Below are positions 46,966 through 59,671 of a DNA stretch of 64,000 nt, one piece after another (the stretch's first letter is position 1; the number at the start of each line of letters is the position of its first letter). The notes below the pieces were generated by a model. It saw only the letters and a list, made by a program, of their open reading frames with translations, ran no database searches and was not told the origin of the DNA. The DNA lies in assembly GCA_943788985.1 (NCBI GenBank), contig CALSSJ010000030.1:32001-96000 (forward strand). The letters run 5' to 3'. The position numbers were made by a program, and so were the translations under genes. This DNA is from an uncultured Lentisphaerales bacterium. GTDB lineage: Bacteria; Verrucomicrobiota; Lentisphaeria; JABSQK01; UBA12247.

Positions 46966-49900
46966 CTAAATTACATCATCCAAGCCAAGCTTGGCGATTG
47001 CATCGCGTACGGCAGTGTCGTTATCATAGTTTCCGCCTTCTGCTGAGTCACTTGCAGAGACCTCGCGGCCAACCTTTTTGTAACGCACCTTCTGCATCTT
47101 ATGATAGCCAGTTCCTGCCGGGATCAGATGGCCCATGATCACGTTCTCCTTAAAGCCACGCAACGGGTCGCTCTTGCCGAGAGTCGCTGCGTCAGTCAGG
47201 ATACGTGTCGTGTCCTGGAAGGAAGCTGCCGAAATGAAGCTCTCCGTTTCCAGGGCGGCCTTGGTGATACCAAGCAGAATGGGCTGCGCTTCGGCTGGTT
47301 GCCCACCTTCAGCGATAACCCGTTGGTTCTCAATCACGAAGGTATCACGTTCGATCTGCTCACCGTAGAGAAAGGACGTACTCCCTGGCTCAGAGATGCG
47401 CACCTTCTGCAACATTTGGCGCACAATCACTTCGACATGTTTGTCGTTGATCTCCACGCCTTGCAGGCGGTACACTTCCTGAATCTCGTTCACGAGGTAT
47501 TCCTGCAGGTCTTGAGGTCCGCAGACCTCAAGAATCTCGTGGGGAACAACGGCGCCTTCCGTAAGCGGCTGGCCCTTTTTCACGTACTCGCCTTCGAAGA
47601 CGGCGATCTGCTTCTCAGCAGGGAGCAAGTGCTCCTCAGTGACGTTGTTCTCAGTGTCACGAATCAAGATCTGTCGCTTATCCCGGACAAAGCCACCCAC
47701 TTGGATTGCACCATCGATGCGTGCGATCTCGGCGGCTTCCTTCGGACGGCGTGCTTCGAAGAGCTCGGCAACACGGGGCAAACCACCGGTGATATCCTTG
47801 GTTTTAGCAGATTGACGTGGCGTACGGGCCAGAGTCTGGCCAGCAGTCACGGTCTTCCCGTCTTCCACCATGATATGGGCGCCAGAGGGAATCGAGACGT
47901 GATACAGCATCTCGCCATCTTTGTCCATGATCAGGATTTGTGGCAGCAGGTCATCACGATGATCCAGCACACTAATTTCCTTAGTGCCGGTCGCTTCGTT
48001 GATCTCTTCCTTCATTGTGATCCCTTCCACCAGATCGGCGAACTGGATCTTACCACCACGCTCGGTGATAATCGGAATGTTGTACTGGTCCCACTTCACG
48101 AAGACTTCGTCTTCGGCAATCGTGTCGCCTTCCTTCTTTAGGATGACGGCACCAGCGACGAGCGGGTACCGCTCTTGCTCGAAACCGTTCATGTCGCACA
48201 ACATGACCGAAGCCGTCTTGTTCAGCACGATGAGATTTCCTTCGGAATCCTGCACAGTACGCGCATCATCCAACTTCAGTACACCAGCGGTCCGTGCCTT
48301 GTGGAACGGGTTGGTGGTCGTCACCGTAGCAGTACCACCATGATGGAAGGTACGCATGGTCAACTGAGTACCCGGCTCACCGATGGACTGTGCGGCGATA
48401 ATCCCAATCGCGTCACCTTCCTTAGTAATCTCGTCATTGGCAAGATTTCGGCCGTAGCACTTGGCGCAGACACCATCATCACTCTGACAAGTCAGAACGG
48501 AGCGAATTCGCACGCGGTCAATCGAGCAATCCTTGATCTCCAACGCGATACTCTCGACGATTTCTTCGCCAGCGGCAACGAGCAGTTCATCCTCAGCGCT
48601 CTTGGGGTTACGGATATCGTCAGCGCTATAGCGACCAATGATCCGATCCTCAATTGGCAGCATCTCCTCATCGCCTTCACGGATCGGACGGACCCAGATG
48701 CCCTGCGTCGTCAAGCAATCGTGCTCGACGCAGATCACGTCATGGGCCACGTCGACAAGCTTCCGAGTCATGTACCCGGAGTCCGCGGTCTTTAGAGCTG
48801 TATCCGCAAGTCCCTTACGAGCACCATGCGAGCTAATAAAGAACTCGAGGACCGACAGTCCTTCGCGAAAGTTAGCGAGGATTGGACGCTCGATGATCTC
48901 ACCAGATGGCTTGGCCATCAGGCCACGCATTCCAGCCAGCTGACGGATCTGGTCCTTACTACCGCGAGCGCGGGAGTCAAGCATTGCCCAGACCGGGTTG
49001 ATTTCGCTCAGACCATTGTTCCGTTCAAGTGTATCGAACAGGCGGTTCGCGATCTGCGTGTTCGCGTGGGTCCAAATGTCGATGCACTTGTTGTACCGCT
49101 CGCCATTGGTTATCACGCCCTGCTGATACTGCTCACGGACCGTGACCAGCTCTGTTTGCGCAATCTCGAGGAATTCTTTCTTCTCTTTGGGGATAATCAT
49201 ATCCACGATCGCGATAGAGAAGCCAGCCTTGGTGGCAAATTTGTACCCAAGATCCTTGAGGTCGTCGAGGAACTCGACCGTGATATCCAAACCAAGCTGG
49301 GTGTAGGCAATAGCCACCAACTCGGAAAGGGTCCCCTTCTTGCCGATGTCATTGAAGAAACCAAGGCCGCCCGGAACAATCTCGTTGAAGATACAGCGTC
49401 CAGCAGTGGTCACCAGCAAGCGCTGTGTGTGGTCTCCGTTGGGAGACTCCACGCCGAAGTCGGGATTCCACAATGCAATTGGCGCGTGAATCTGAACGCG
49501 GCCGCTGTCGTAGGCCCGCATGGCTTCCCATGAGTCTTTAAAGATCCGGAGGGATTTCGCCTCTACATCCAACGACCCAGGCTTCGCATAAGTGAGGAAA
49601 TAGGAGCCGAGTGTAATGTCCTGCGAAGGCGTAGCCACTGGCTTGCCATCCGATGGTTTGAAGATGTTGTACGGTGCCAACATCAGCAGCTTGGTCTCAA
49701 GCTGTGCCTCGTTTGAAAGCGGGATATGCACAGCCATCTGATCCCCGTCGAAGTCGGCGTTGTACGCAGAACAGACAAGCGGATGAAGACGGATTGCGCG
49801 GCCTTCGATCAGAATCGGATCGAATGCCTGAATCGACAGTCGATGCAGAGTCGGTGCCCGGTTGAGCATGATCGGGTGCCCCTTGGTCACATCCTCGAGG

Positions 49901-51141
49901 ATGTCCCAGACCTCTGTGGCTCCGCGCTCAATCATCTTCTTGGCACTGCGAACAGTGTGTACGTAGCCCAGTTCCTTCAAACGACGAATGATGAACGGCT
50001 CGAACAAAGTCAACGCCATCTTCTTCGGCAGACCACACTGATGCAGCTTGAGCTCCGGCCCCACAACGATCACGGAACGACCGGAGTAGTCCACTCGCTT
50101 ACCCAGCAAGTTCTGACGGAAGCGCCCGGACTTGCCCTTGAGCATGTCACTGAGCGACTTGAGTTGGCGATTGCTTGCGCCTGTGACCGCACGACCATGA
50201 CGGCCGTTATCGAGCAACGCATCGACGGCCTCTTGGAGCATGCGCTTCTCGTTCCGGATAATGACTTCCGGAGTGCGCAGGCTTAGCAGATTCTTGAGCC
50301 GATTGTTTCGGTTGATTACGCGGCGGTAGAGATCATTCAGATCACTCGTCGCGAATCGACCACCTTCCAGCGGCACCAACGGACGCAAGTCCGGAGGAAT
50401 CACGGGCAGCACCGTCAAAATCATCCACTCAGGCCGCATTTCCGAATCGCGGAAACCTTCCAGCAAGCGCATGCGCTTTGCTAGTTTTTTGCGTTCTGCC
50501 TTGGAACGAATCGTGACGATCAGCTCTGACAATTCTGCGTAATCAGTCTCCAGCACAATCTTCGACAGAAGCTCGCGAACTGCATCTGCGCCCATACCAG
50601 CACGGAAGGACTTCTTGTACATTTGGCGTGCTTCACGGTACTCATCTTCGGTCAGCAGTTGCTTGTCCTCAAGCGGCGTGTCGCCCTTGTCGACGACAAT
50701 CCAGCTCTCGTAGTAGATGACGCGTTCCAGGTTCCGGGCCGTCATATTCAACATCAGCCCCAGGCGACTCGGCATACACTTGAAAAACCAAATGTGCGAG
50801 ACCGGGACGGCCAGGTCGATATGCCCCATCCGCTCCCGACGAACCCGCGAATGCGTGACTTCAACGCCACACCGGTCGCAGACAATGCCTTTGTGCTTGA
50901 TACGCTTGTACTTTCCGCAGCTACATTCCCAGTCACGGGTTGGGCCAAAGATCTTCTCGCAGAAAAGGCCTCCCTTTTCGGGTTTGAATGTGCGGTAGTT
51001 CAGTGTCTCAGGATTGCGAACTTCACCGCGACTCCAAGACCGGATCGTATCTGGCGAAGCTACGCCGATACTGACCGAACTAAAGGTATCGGATGAATCC
51101 ATTCCGAGAATCTCTCGGACCATTGCGCTATGGCTATTCAT
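46966..51141 (-). CDS. rpoC: RNA polymerase beta' subunit
   Basis: [17 protein letters not shown] and [13 protein letters not shown] motifs; start taken at ATG 51141. Confidence 0.99.
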   Translation of the reverse strand: MNSHSAMVREILGMDSSDTFSSVSIGVASPDTIRSWSRGEVRNPETLNYRTFKPEKGGLFCEKIFGPTRDWECSCGKYKRIKHKGIVCDRCGVEVTHSRVRRERMGHIDLAVPVSHIWFFKCMPSRLGLMLNMTARNLERVIYYESWIVVDKGDTPLEDKQLLTEDEYREARQMYKKSFRAGMGADAVRELLSKIVLETDYAELSELIVTIRSKAERKKLAKRMRLLEGFRDSEMRPEWMILTVLPVIPPDLRPLVPLEGGRFATSDLNDLYRRVINRNNRLKNLLSLRTPEVIIRNEKRMLQEAVDALLDNGRHGRAVTGASNRQLKSLSDMLKGKSGRFRQNLLGKRVDYSGRSVIVVGPELKLHQCGLPKKMALTLFEPFIIRRLKELGYVHTVRSAKKMIERGATEVWDILEDVTKGHPIMLNRAPTLHRLSIQAFDPILIEGRAIRLHPLVCSAYNADFDGDQMAVHIPLSNEAQLETKLLMLAPYNIFKPSDGKPVATPSQDITLGSYFLTYAKPGSLDVEAKSLRIFKDSWEAMRAYDSGRVQIHAPIALWNPDFGVESPNGDHTQRLLVTTAGRCIFNEIVPGGLGFFNDIGKKGTLSELVAIAYTQLGLDITVEFLDDLKDLGYKFATKAGFSIAIVDMIIPKEKKEFLEIAQTELVTVREQYQQGVITNGERYNKCIDIWTHANTQIANRLFDTLERNNGLSEINPVWAMLDSRARGSKDQIRQLAGMRGLMAKPSGEIIERPILANFREGLSVLEFFISSHGARKGLADTALKTADSGYMTRKLVDVAHDVICVEHDCLTTQGIWVRPIREGDEEMLPIEDRIIGRYSADDIRNPKSAEDELLVAAGEEIVESIALEIKDCSIDRVRIRSVLTCQSDDGVCAKCYGRNLANDEITKEGDAIGIIAAQSIGEPGTQLTMRTFHHGGTATVTTTNPFHKARTAGVLKLDDARTVQDSEGNLIVLNKTASVMLCDMNGFEQERYPLVAGAVILKKEGDTIAEDEVFVKWDQYNIPIITERGGKIQFADLVEGITMKEEINEATGTKEISVLDHRDDLLPQILIMDKDGEMLYHVSIPSGAHIMVEDGKTVTAGQTLARTPRQSAKTKDITGGLPRVAELFEARRPKEAAEIARIDGAIQVGGFVRDKRQILIRDTENNVTEEHLLPAEKQIAVFEGEYVKKGQPLTEGAVVPHEILEVCGPQDLQEYLVNEIQEVYRLQGVEINDKHVEVIVRQMLQKVRISEPGSTSFLYGEQIERDTFVIENQRVIAEGGQPAEAQPILLGITKAALETESFISAASFQDTTRILTDAATLGKSDPLRGFKENVIMGHLIPAGTGYHKMQKVRYKKVGREVSASDSAEGGNYDNDTAVRDAIAKLGLDDVI

Positions 51142-51158
51142 AAGATGTCGTTCCTCGC

Positions 51159-54100
51159 TTACCGTGGGCCTTTGGTCGGACGGACGTCCAAACAAAGACT
51201 TTTCATTTCGTTCATGAGCACGTTGAAGGACTCTGGGATGTCCGCCTTCAGCGAGTTATCGCCGCGTACGATCGATTCGTAAATACGAGTACGTCCGGTC
51301 ACGTCGTCACTTTTCACCGTGAGCATTTCCTGCAACGCGTAGGCCGCGCCATAGGCTTCGAGTGCCCACACTTCCATTTCGCCAAATCGCTGGCCACCGT
51401 GCTGGGCTTTACCACCCAAAGGCTGCTGTGTCACGAGCGAGTACGGCCCAACGGCACGGGCATGAATCTTACTGACGACCAGATGGTCCAGTTTCAGCAT
51501 GTAGATGATACCGACCATAACGCGCTGCTCGAAACACTCACCGGTTTGACCATCGTAGAGCGTGGTCTTTCCGTCTTCGTTGACAAAGAAGCCGTCGCGA
51601 CGACGACCTTGGTCATCGACCGCTTCGCCATCTTCTCCAAGCGTCCATCCGGGCTGTTGCTCAAGGCGCTTCACCTTCGCATCACGCAGCAGGTTGTGAA
51701 TCTCGGTCTCGTTGATGCCGTCAAACACTGGCGTCGCAACCTTGAAGCCGAGCATTCGCGCCGCATAGCCGAGATGTGTTTCAAGCACTTGCCCGACGTT
51801 CATTCGACTTGGTACGCCAAGGGGGTTTAGGACGATATCCACCGGAGTTCCATCCGCCATAAAGGGCAGATCCTCCTCCGGCACAATGCGGGCCACGATA
51901 CCCTTGTTTCCGTGGCGACCAGCCATCTTGTCGCCCACTTGCAGCTTGCGCTTGCCAGCCACATAGACCTTGACCTGCTTGATGATGCCTTGGTCCTCAC
52001 CGTCTCCGGCCTCCAGACGCTCGGTCATCTCATCGCGGCGCATCTCAGCGTCACGAATCCGCAGATTGAACATCTTCATCGCTTCGTCTACCTGATCCTT
52101 GGTAGGCCCAGGCGGAATCTTGTATACGTCATGGGCAGCCGCCAGTCTTTTCAGCAAGACCTTCGTGATCTTGCGGTTCGCTGGGATAATCGGGCTGCCG
52201 TCTGTCTTATCGACGACGTCGAAAGAAAGCTTCGAACCCAGCAGCAGCGTACCAAGTTTCTCGGCCAACTCGTCGAGGATCTCATTGTACGTAGCCTTGA
52301 ACATCGCCTGCTGTTCACGAATCTGGCGCTTCACCTCAGCTTTCGTAAGCCGAGCCTTGTTCGGATCCACCTTACGCTCGATTTCCACGTCCATGACGAT
52401 ACCAGTAGAACCGCTCGGGACAACGAGCGAGCTGTCCTTCACGTCCGCAGCCTTCTCACCAAAAATTGCGCGCAGAAGGCGCTCTTCAGGATCCAACTCG
52501 GTCTCGCTCTTCGGCGTGATTTTGCCGACCAAAATATCGCCAGGATTGACCTCAGCACCAACGCGAATGACGCCTTCGGGACCTAGGTTACGCAGGGCTT
52601 CTTCGCTCACATTAGGAATATCACGGGTGATTTCTTCGGGACCAAGCTTGGTGTCCCGTGCGGTGATGTCGAACTCGCTGATGTGGATGCTGGTGTAGAC
52701 ATCTTCCTTGACGATGCGCTCGCTGATCACGATCGCATCCTCAAAGTTATAGCCATTCCAAGGCATGAAGGCGACAAGCACGTTACGGCCCAAGGCCAGT
52801 TCGCCATCATTGGTCGCAGCACCGTCGGCCAGCACCTGTCCAGCCGTTACCGCTTGACCGCGGCGTACGAGTGGCTTCTGGTTGATACAGGTGCTGCTGT
52901 TCGAGCGTACGAACTTCCGCAAGGCGTAGACCTGTGTCGACTCTGGCGCAGCAGTCTCGTCTGGAGAGCGGCCATCCGCAGTGATCACGATCTCCTTGGC
53001 ATCCACAGAAGCCACGACGCCACCCTCTTCAGCGCACACGACAGCGCGTGAAAACTTGGCCACGTGCTCTTCGAGTCCGGTGCCGACGTAAGGAGCATCG
53101 GTGATCAACAATGGAACGCCTTGGCGTTGCATGTTTGATCCCATAAGCGCCCGGTTTGCATCATCGTGCTCAAGAAACGGAATCAGGCCTGCAGCACCGC
53201 TCACTAACTGTCGCGGAGAGACGTCCATATACTGGACCTCTTCAGCCCGTGCTTCGATCACTTCACCGCGCTGGCGCGAAACAACATATTCATTCTCGAA
53301 GTGATTGTCGCCGGTCAGCGGCGCATTTGCCTGCGCGACGATGAAGCGCTCCTCTTGGTCTGCCGACAAATAGTCGACCTCCAGCAGAGCATGGCGGTTC
53401 TCCACGCGACGGTACGGAGTCTCGATGAAGCCGTACTTGTTGGTGCGGCCATAGATAGCCAATGACGAAATCAAACCGATGTTCGGTCCTTCCGGCGTCT
53501 CAATCGGACAGATGCGGCCGTAATGGCTGGTATGCACGTCGCGCACTTCAAACCCGGCGCGTTCACGGCTCAGCCCACCCGGGCCCAAAGCACTGAGACG
53601 ACGCTTGTTCGTCAACTCCGCGAGCGGGTTGGTCTGGTCCATAAACTGCGACAACTGGCTACGGCCGAAGAAGTCGCGAATCACGCCGACAAATGCCTTG
53701 GGATTGATCAGCTTGCCCGGAGTGACATCCTCTTCTTCCATATCCTGAAGCGTCATGCGCTCACGGATCAGACGCTCGGTCCGGCTAAGCCCAACACGAA
53801 TCTGATTTTGGACCAGTTCCCCAACCGTACGTACACGCCGAGCACCGAGATGATCGATGTCGTCCAAGTCACCCTTGCCGTCACGCAGGCCCATCAGGTA
53901 CTTGGTCGCCGCGACCAAATCTCCCTCAAGTAGCGTGCGTTCTTTTTCGTCGACTGTTGTGCCAAGTTTCTGGTTGATCTTATACCGTCCAACCAAGCCC
54001 AGGTCGTACCGCTTGGGGTCGAAGAACAGGCGTGCCAACAGTGCCTTAGCGTTGCTGGCACTCGGTGGATCGCCCGGACGCATGCGGCGGTAGATTTCCT

Positions 54101-55025
54101 TCAACGCATCGTCCGTTGTCTTGGTGGGATCATCCTGCACGCAGAGGATGAAATAGCGGCCGCTCTCACGGGTGTCGACCACAGGCAGCTTTTTCAGGCC
54201 TGCCTTTTCAGCAGCTTCTAGTAACTCGTCGCTGACCGATAGCAGTTCCAGCCCCAGCTCGTTGCTCTGCTCGTCCATGATCGGAAAACCTTCCGGATCA
54301 CTGACAGTCTCGGCCAAGTGGTGCTTTGCCAAATCGTCCGGCTCCAGCTTCCGCAGCTCTTTGATCGTCGCCGAGCGTACGCCATAGACCACATCCAACA
54401 GCTCGCGATTGGTCTCATGTCCCAAGGCGCGAAGGAAAGTGGACATCAGAAACTTTCGGCGCCGACGGCGGCGATCAAGATAGATGAAAATTTTGTCGTT
54501 AATGTCGAATTGCACTTCCAGCCAGGAACCGCGATCTGGAATCACGCGAAACGCGTACAGACTACGGCCACTCGTGTGGCGTTCGGTTTCAAAACAGATA
54601 CCCGGCGTACGATGCAGCTGGCTGATGATCACACGTTCAGCGCCGTTAACCACAAATGTGGCACGCTCGGTCATTAAGGGAATATCTCCCAGAAATACGC
54701 GCTCCTCGCGCACCTCACCCTTCTTCATGTTTTCAAAACGCATCGTCGCGTACATTGGCGCAGCATAGGTTTTACCTGCACGAATGCAGTCTACGACGGC
54801 AGTCTTGGGCTCGCCAATCTCATAAGAGACGAAGTCCAACTGGCACGTCTGATCGAAACTCTCAATGGGAAAAACTTCTTGAAAGACTTCCTGGACGCCC
54901 TTGCTCACACGCTCGCGCGGGGGAACCTCCATCTGCATGCAATCGTGGTATGAGTCGAGCTGAATTCCGATAAGGTCGGGAATATCGAGAACGTTCTGCA
55001 GCTTGCCGTAATTTTTACGCTCCAT
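51159..55025 (-). CDS. rpoB: RNA polymerase beta subunit
   Basis: [25 protein letters not shown] and [11 protein letters not shown] motifs. Confidence 0.99.
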   Translation of the reverse strand: MERKNYGKLQNVLDIPDLIGIQLDSYHDCMQMEVPPRERVSKGVQEVFQEVFPIESFDQTCQLDFVSYEIGEPKTAVVDCIRAGKTYAAPMYATMRFENMKKGEVREERVFLGDIPLMTERATFVVNGAERVIISQLHRTPGICFETERHTSGRSLYAFRVIPDRGSWLEVQFDINDKIFIYLDRRRRRRKFLMSTFLRALGHETNRELLDVVYGVRSATIKELRKLEPDDLAKHHLAETVSDPEGFPIMDEQSNELGLELLSVSDELLEAAEKAGLKKLPVVDTRESGRYFILCVQDDPTKTTDDALKEIYRRMRPGDPPSASNAKALLARLFFDPKRYDLGLVGRYKINQKLGTTVDEKERTLLEGDLVAATKYLMGLRDGKGDLDDIDHLGARRVRTVGELVQNQIRVGLSRTERLIRERMTLQDMEEEDVTPGKLINPKAFVGVIRDFFGRSQLSQFMDQTNPLAELTNKRRLSALGPGGLSRERAGFEVRDVHTSHYGRICPIETPEGPNIGLISSLAIYGRTNKYGFIETPYRRVENRHALLEVDYLSADQEERFIVAQANAPLTGDNHFENEYVVSRQRGEVIEARAEEVQYMDVSPRQLVSGAAGLIPFLEHDDANRALMGSNMQRQGVPLLITDAPYVGTGLEEHVAKFSRAVVCAEEGGVVASVDAKEIVITADGRSPDETAAPESTQVYALRKFVRSNSSTCINQKPLVRRGQAVTAGQVLADGAATNDGELALGRNVLVAFMPWNGYNFEDAIVISERIVKEDVYTSIHISEFDITARDTKLGPEEITRDIPNVSEEALRNLGPEGVIRVGAEVNPGDILVGKITPKSETELDPEERLLRAIFGEKAADVKDSSLVVPSGSTGIVMDVEIERKVDPNKARLTKAEVKRQIREQQAMFKATYNEILDELAEKLGTLLLGSKLSFDVVDKTDGSPIIPANRKITKVLLKRLAAAHDVYKIPPGPTKDQVDEAMKMFNLRIRDAEMRRDEMTERLEAGDGEDQGIIKQVKVYVAGKRKLQVGDKMAGRHGNKGIVARIVPEEDLPFMADGTPVDIVLNPLGVPSRMNVGQVLETHLGYAARMLGFKVATPVFDGINETEIHNLLRDAKVKRLEQQPGWTLGEDGEAVDDQGRRRDGFFVNEDGKTTLYDGQTGECFEQRVMVGIIYMLKLDHLVVSKIHARAVGPYSLVTQQPLGGKAQHGGQRFGEMEVWALEAYGAAYALQEMLTVKSDDVTGRTRIYESIVRGDNSLKADIPESFNVLMNEMKSLCLDVRPTKGPR

Positions 55026-55067
55026 GGAAGGCCCCTGAGCTAATGGTGATAACTAGTAAGTTGAGAC

Positions 55068-55106
55068 GGCAAAGCACGGGGGGCGCGGACGCCCCTCGTG
55101 CTTGCC
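55068..55106 (-). terminator. Hairpin between rplL and rpoB (attenuator/terminator-like)
   Basis: Minus strand AAGCACGAGGGGCG-TCCG-CGCCCCCCGTGCTT with a short U tract. Confidence 0.5.
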
Positions 55107-55148
55107 TGATTCCCGGAACTCCGCTGAGTTACGGGAGGAATGGGAATG

Positions 55149-55544
55149 CTACTTGACCTCGACGCTTGCGCCGGCTGCTTCGAGCTTACCCTTAAGTTCC
55201 TCTGCCTCTTCCTTCGACACGCCTTCTTTGACGGGCTTCGGGAGATTGTCAACCAGTCCCTTTGCATCCTTCAAGCCGAGACTTGTGATTGCGCGAACTT
55301 CCTTGATCACTGCAATCTTCTTCTCGCCTGCACCAGTCAGGATGACATCGAATTCGGTCTGCTCTTCAGCTGCAGGTGCTGCATCAGCAGCAGGCGCAGC
55401 CATCATTACAGAACCGCCGCCGGACGCCTTAACGTCCCAGCGTTCTTCCAAGGTCTTGACCAGTTTGGATACATCCAGAACCGTCAGTTTCTCAAGATAA
55501 GAAATGGCTTCTTCCATCTCGGAGCTCAGTGTTTCTTCGGACAT
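55149..55544 (-). CDS. rplL: 50S ribosomal protein L7/L12
   Basis: [10 protein letters not shown] and [24 protein letters not shown] motifs. Confidence 0.97.
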   Translation of the reverse strand: MSEETLSSEMEEAISYLEKLTVLDVSKLVKTLEERWDVKASGGGSVMMAAPAADAAPAAEEQTEFDVILTGAGEKKIAVIKEVRAITSLGLKDAKGLVDNLPKPVKEGVSKEEAEELKGKLEAAGASVEVK

Positions 55545-55560
55545 TTTCTATTCCTCCAAC

Positions 55561-56082
55561 TTAACCGTTTTGTTCGTTTAATTTTTCTTCGTAGGCCTTC
55601 AGGACCCAAACCATCTGTGCGACGGAGTTGTTGAGTACGCCAACAAGGTTGGTCATCGGAGCTTGGATTGTGCCAAGCAGCTGTGACCGCAGTACGTCAA
55701 TGGACGGTAGTTCTGCCATCGCGCGAGCATCGCCCGGCGACAGGAACTTTCCACCAATCAATGCACCCTTGAAGTCGACGTTCTCGACGTCCTCATTAAA
55801 GGTCTTAATCGTTTTTGCAACAGGGCACGGATCTGCGGAACCAAAAACGACGGCCGTATCGCCAGCCAGTTTTTCGACGCCGTCAATCTCCTGGCTCTTG
55901 ATCGAGCGATTCAGCAGAGTATTCTTCAGGACGTGGCACTGTGCTTCATTGGCATGAAGCTGGTTGCGCAGATCACTGAACTGCGCGACCGAGACGCCGC
56001 TGTACGAAATGAAGAATACATACTCTGAATCACTGACAAGAGAGTCGATGTAGGCACCCAGTTGTACACGTTCCGCTCTCAT
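55561..56082 (-). CDS. rplJ: 50S ribosomal protein L10
   Basis: VLKNTL and [14 protein letters not shown] motifs; operon position. Confidence 0.93.
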   Translation of the reverse strand: MRAERVQLGAYIDSLVSDSEYVFFISYSGVSVAQFSDLRNQLHANEAQCHVLKNTLLNRSIKSQEIDGVEKLAGDTAVVFGSADPCPVAKTIKTFNEDVENVDFKGALIGGKFLSPGDARAMAELPSIDVLRSQLLGTIQAPMTNLVGVLNNSVAQMVWVLKAYEEKLNEQNG

Positions 56083-56774
56083 GCGTTACCTCCGGAAATA
56101 GCGAGTTTGATGCCCGGCCCCATTGTCGAAGACAGTGTACAGGACAATAGATATTGCCCCTTGATCGTCTCCGGCTTTGCGCGCCGAACTTCATTTACAA
56201 CCACTTCTGTATTGGCGACGAGTGCTTCCGCTGTGAATGATACCTTGCCCACCGGCACATGCACGCAACCTGTACGATCGGCCCGGTACTCAACGCGACC
56301 TTTCTTGGCCTCGCTGACTGCCGCTGCTGGATCATCGGTTACAGTTCCAGTGCGAGGATTAGGCATCAGGCCACGTGGACCGAGTACACGGCCCAACGTA
56401 CGCACCTTTTGCATCGTCTGCGGTGTCGCGATCATCACGTCGAACTCGAGCCAACCGCCCTTGATGCGCTCAAGAACGTCCTCGTAGCCGACCAAGTCAG
56501 CGCCAGCAGCTTCTGCAGCAGCAGCCGTATCACCAGTGGCGATCACGACAACCTTAACGTCCTTTCCGGTACCATGCGGCAGCGAAACTGCGCCGCGGAC
56601 GGTTTGATCACCCTGACGAGGATCAATGCCCAAACGAAATGCAATATCCACTGTTTCGTCAAACTTCGCCGCTGGAAGCGACTTCAGGGTGTCGACTGCT
56701 TCCTGCAGCGCGTAGGTCCGCGTGCGGTCCACTTGCGACAACGCCTTCTTTAGTCTTTTTCCTCGCTTAGCCAT
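56079..56774 (-). CDS. rplA: 50S ribosomal protein L1
   Basis: [24 protein letters not shown] and SSTMGPG motifs; start at ATG 56774. Confidence 0.97.
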   Translation of the reverse strand: MAKRGKRLKKALSQVDRTRTYALQEAVDTLKSLPAAKFDETVDIAFRLGIDPRQGDQTVRGAVSLPHGTGKDVKVVVIATGDTAAAAEAAGADLVGYEDVLERIKGGWLEFDVMIATPQTMQKVRTLGRVLGPRGLMPNPRTGTVTDDPAAAVSEAKKGRVEYRADRTGCVHVPVGKVSFTAEALVANTEVVVNEVRRAKPETIKGQYLLSCTLSSTMGPGIKLAISGGNA

Positions 56775-57195
56775 CGACCACCTCAATTCCCATGCTGCGC
56801 GCGGTGCCAGCAATGATTCGAATAGCCGCTTCATCATCACGGGCGTTCAAGTCGTTCATCTTCATCTTCGCAATCTCCAAAGCTTGGTCCCGCGTGACTT
56901 TGCCAACGAGCTCGCGTCCGGGGTGATTCGCACCGGATGCAAGCTGCGCCGCTTTTTTCAGCAGGATTGCAGCAGGGGGAGATTTTGTAATGAAGGTGAA
57001 GGAACGATCTTGATACACCGTGATAACCACGGGCACGATCATGCCAGGATCACCCTGGGTCGCAGCATTGAATTGCTTACAAAATTCCATGATATTGACA
57101 CCTGCCTGGCCCAATGCCGGACCAACTGGTGGTGCCGGATTGGCCTGACCGGCCGGAATCTGCAAACGGATCTCGGCTGTTACCTTTTTTGCCAT
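56767..57195 (-). CDS. rplK: 50S ribosomal protein L11
   Basis: [23 protein letters not shown] motif; start at ATG 57195. Confidence 0.97.
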   Translation of the reverse strand: MAKKVTAEIRLQIPAGQANPAPPVGPALGQAGVNIMEFCKQFNAATQGDPGMIVPVVITVYQDRSFTFITKSPPAAILLKKAAQLASGANHPGRELVGKVTRDQALEIAKMKMNDLNARDDEAAIRIIAGTARSMGIEVVDG

Positions 57196-57267
57196 AACAA
57201 CCCTTCTTGTTCGGGCGTGGTACAAAGGGACAGACCTTCTCCCACGCGTTCAATTAACCGTGGAGTG

Positions 57268-57822
57268 CTATTCGCGCTCCACCTGCCAGTATTCGACCTC
57301 CATCTGCGTGGAACGGCCGAAAATGCTTACGGAAAGGTTCAGACGACCGCGATCGGAATCAATGCTTTCGATCTTCCCCTCCAGATTTTCGAAGGCGCCG
57401 TCGCGAATTTTTACGACCTCGCCCACTTCAAACGCAATGCGAGGACGGCTGTCCTCTTTGCCGCGTTCAAGCTGATCCAGGATATCCTGAACCTCGTTTT
57501 GGCTCAACGGTGCGGGATGGTCGCCGCCAACAAAGCCAATGATGCCATCAGTCTCGTTCAGGAACGACCAGACCCGGTCATTGATGGCACGATTTGCATC
57601 GTAAAGCTCCGTCTGGACAAAGATGTATCCGGGATAGAACTTGCGGTTGATGGTCATCTTCCGCCCCAGCTTCACCTCAGTGACGCGCTCTAGTGGCACC
57701 AAGACGTTGTGAATCACCTCGTCTAGCTCGGCTTGCGCCAGGCGCTTTTCGATACTATCGCGAATCTTCATCTCCGACCCGGAGAGAGTCTGCAAGACGT
57801 ACCAATCATCTAGTCTATCCAT
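57268..57822 (-). CDS. nusG: Transcription factor NusG
   Basis: WYVLQTLSGSE, FYPGYIFV, KOW motif and IFGRST. Confidence 0.95.
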   Translation of the reverse strand: MDRLDDWYVLQTLSGSEMKIRDSIEKRLAQAELDEVIHNVLVPLERVTEVKLGRKMTINRKFYPGYIFVQTELYDANRAINDRVWSFLNETDGIIGFVGGDHPAPLSQNEVQDILDQLERGKEDSRPRIAFEVGEVVKIRDGAFENLEGKIESIDSDRGRLNLSVSIFGRSTQMEVEYWQVERE

Positions 57823-57850
57823 GCTATCAATATCCTTGAGTAGACCGAGT

Positions 57851-58045
57851 CTACAGAACAACCTTTTTGATGATCTCTTGCAGCACCGTGTCAACACCGA
57901 GAATAAAGAGCGTGAGAATCGCCATGGTGACTACCACTATGAGGGTTTGCTCGCGGAGATTTCTCTTCTCCGGCCAGTTACACTTCTTGACTTCCTCCAT
58001 GACTTCATGGAAGTAGTTCTGAATGCCCCGTATTGGATTTGCCAT
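57851..58045 (-). CDS. secE: Preprotein translocase subunit SecE
   Basis: EVKKCNWP followed by one TM helix; between tRNA-Trp and nusG. Confidence 0.9.
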   Translation of the reverse strand: MANPIRGIQNYFHEVMEEVKKCNWPEKRNLREQTLIVVVTMAILTLFILGVDTVLQEIIKKVVL

Positions 58046-58068
58046 AATAATTTATTCCGTGCTAAAAA

Positions 58069-58144
58069 TGGCAGGTGAGACAGGACTCGAACCTGCGACC
58101 GGCGGATTTGGAGTCCGCTGCTCTACCAACTGAGCTACTCACCT
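58069..58144 (-). tRNA. tRNA-Trp(CCA)
   Basis: 76-nt cloverleaf; anticodon arm GCGGA-CTCCAAA-TCCGC; encoded CCA end. Confidence 0.97.
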
Positions 58145-58251
58145 GCTTACAAGCTCTTGATCGACCTCGCGATCTCTCGGCGCAACAGAACCCGGGCATC
58201 CACAGAAGCTGCGCATGCCCAGGCCCCGGTCATTCAGATTACTAGATCTGC

Positions 58252-59422
58252 CTAGTCAACGATCTCTGCCACGCGTCCTGCTCCGACAGTACGTCCACCC
58301 TCGCGAATCGCGAAGCGCAGCGTCTGCTTCCATGGCAATCGGGGCAATCAGCTCGACGACCATCGAGACATTGTCACCAGGCATCACCATCTCACGTCCC
58401 TCAGGAAGTTCACAATCCGGTCACATCCGTCGTACGGAAGTAGAACTGCGGACGGTAGCCTTGAAGAACGGCGTGTGACGGCCACCTTCTTCCTTGGTCA
58501 GGACGTAGACCTCAGCCTTGAACTTGGTGTGCGGCGTCATCGACCCGGCTTGCAGAGCACCTGGCCACGCTCGACATCTTCCTTCTTGTCCCACGGAGCA
58601 GGCAGCCGACGTTGTCGCCTGCACGACCTTCGTCAAGAGCTTGCGGAACATCTCGACACCAGTACAGGTGGTCTTCTGGTGTCGTCGAATACCGACGATC
58701 TCGACTCTTCGCCACTCTTGACGATGCCACGCTCGATACGACCAGTGCAACCGTGCCACGACCGTCGATCGAGAACACGTCCTCAATCGGCATCAGGAAA
58801 TGGCTGGTCCACGTCGCGCTCGGGCTCAGGGATGTACTGTCGACTGCTCCATCAGCTTGAGAATGCGGCCGTCACTTCGGATCATCACCTTCGAGCAGCC
58901 TTGAGCGCAGACCCTGACGATCGGAATGTCATCGCCGGGAAATCGTACTCGCTGAGCAGCTCACGACTTCCATCTCGACCAGCTCGAGGAGCTCTTCGTC
59001 GTCGACCTGGTCAGCCTTGTTAAGGAAACAACGATGGCAGGCACACCAACCTGACGAGCGAGCAGGATGTGCTCACGAGTCTGCGGCATGGGCCGTCGGC
59101 TGCGCAACCACGAGGATCGCGCCGTCCATCTGGGCAGCACCAGTGATCATGTTCTTGACGTAGTCAGCGTGACCTGGGCAGTCCACGTGAGCGTAGTGAC
59201 GAGCTTCGGTCTCGTACTCAACGTGAGACGTGTCGATGGTGATACCGCGCTCCTTCTCTTCGGGAGCCTTGTCGATCTCGTCGTAACTGCGCTACTCAGC
59301 CACCCTTCGTCTGCCATGGTCCTGGTGATCGCTGCGGTCAACGTCGTCTTACCATGGTCGACGTGACCAATGGTGCCGACTTTACAGTGCGGCTTCGTTC
59401 GCTCGAAATTTTCCTTTGCCAT
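58252..59422 (-). CDS. tuf: Elongation factor Tu (many apparent single-base deletions; probably consensus errors)
   Basis: [12 protein letters not shown]...[28 protein letters not shown] and [14 protein letters not shown] are scattered across all three frames. Confidence 0.93.
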
Positions 59423-59498
59423 GCTGTTCCTCCGGAATGGTGCGATTAGGGTTGCAAGTGGTGGATGCCGCTCAGGAAGAGCGGCGGTTGATTTTAGG

Positions 59499-59574
<76 letters not shown>

Positions 59575-59602
59575 CGCCATTTTGGACGCAGAGAAAGCGG
59601 CA

Positions 59603-59631
59603 AACCTAGGCACTTGCCACTATCTATGCAA
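59603..59631 (-). promoter_or_regulatory. Putative sigma70 promoter for the tRNA-Thr/tuf operon
   Basis: Minus strand TTGCAT-17 nt-TAGGTT followed by a GC-rich discriminator. Confidence 0.5.
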
Positions 59632-59671
59632 GTCTAAAACCGCAAAGATAAAGAATTTACTTATACTTTTC

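Noticed and set aside
47101..57693. Long plus-strand ORFs opposite rpoC, rpoB and rplK/nusG (e.g. 47101-48141, 56722-57693)
   Set aside because: Antisense shadows of GC-rich, codon-biased genes with no recognisable motifs.
58252..59422. tuf as a genuine pseudogene
   Set aside because: Amino-acid motifs are well conserved between dense indels and the operon context is canonical, which fits consensus error rather than neutral decay.
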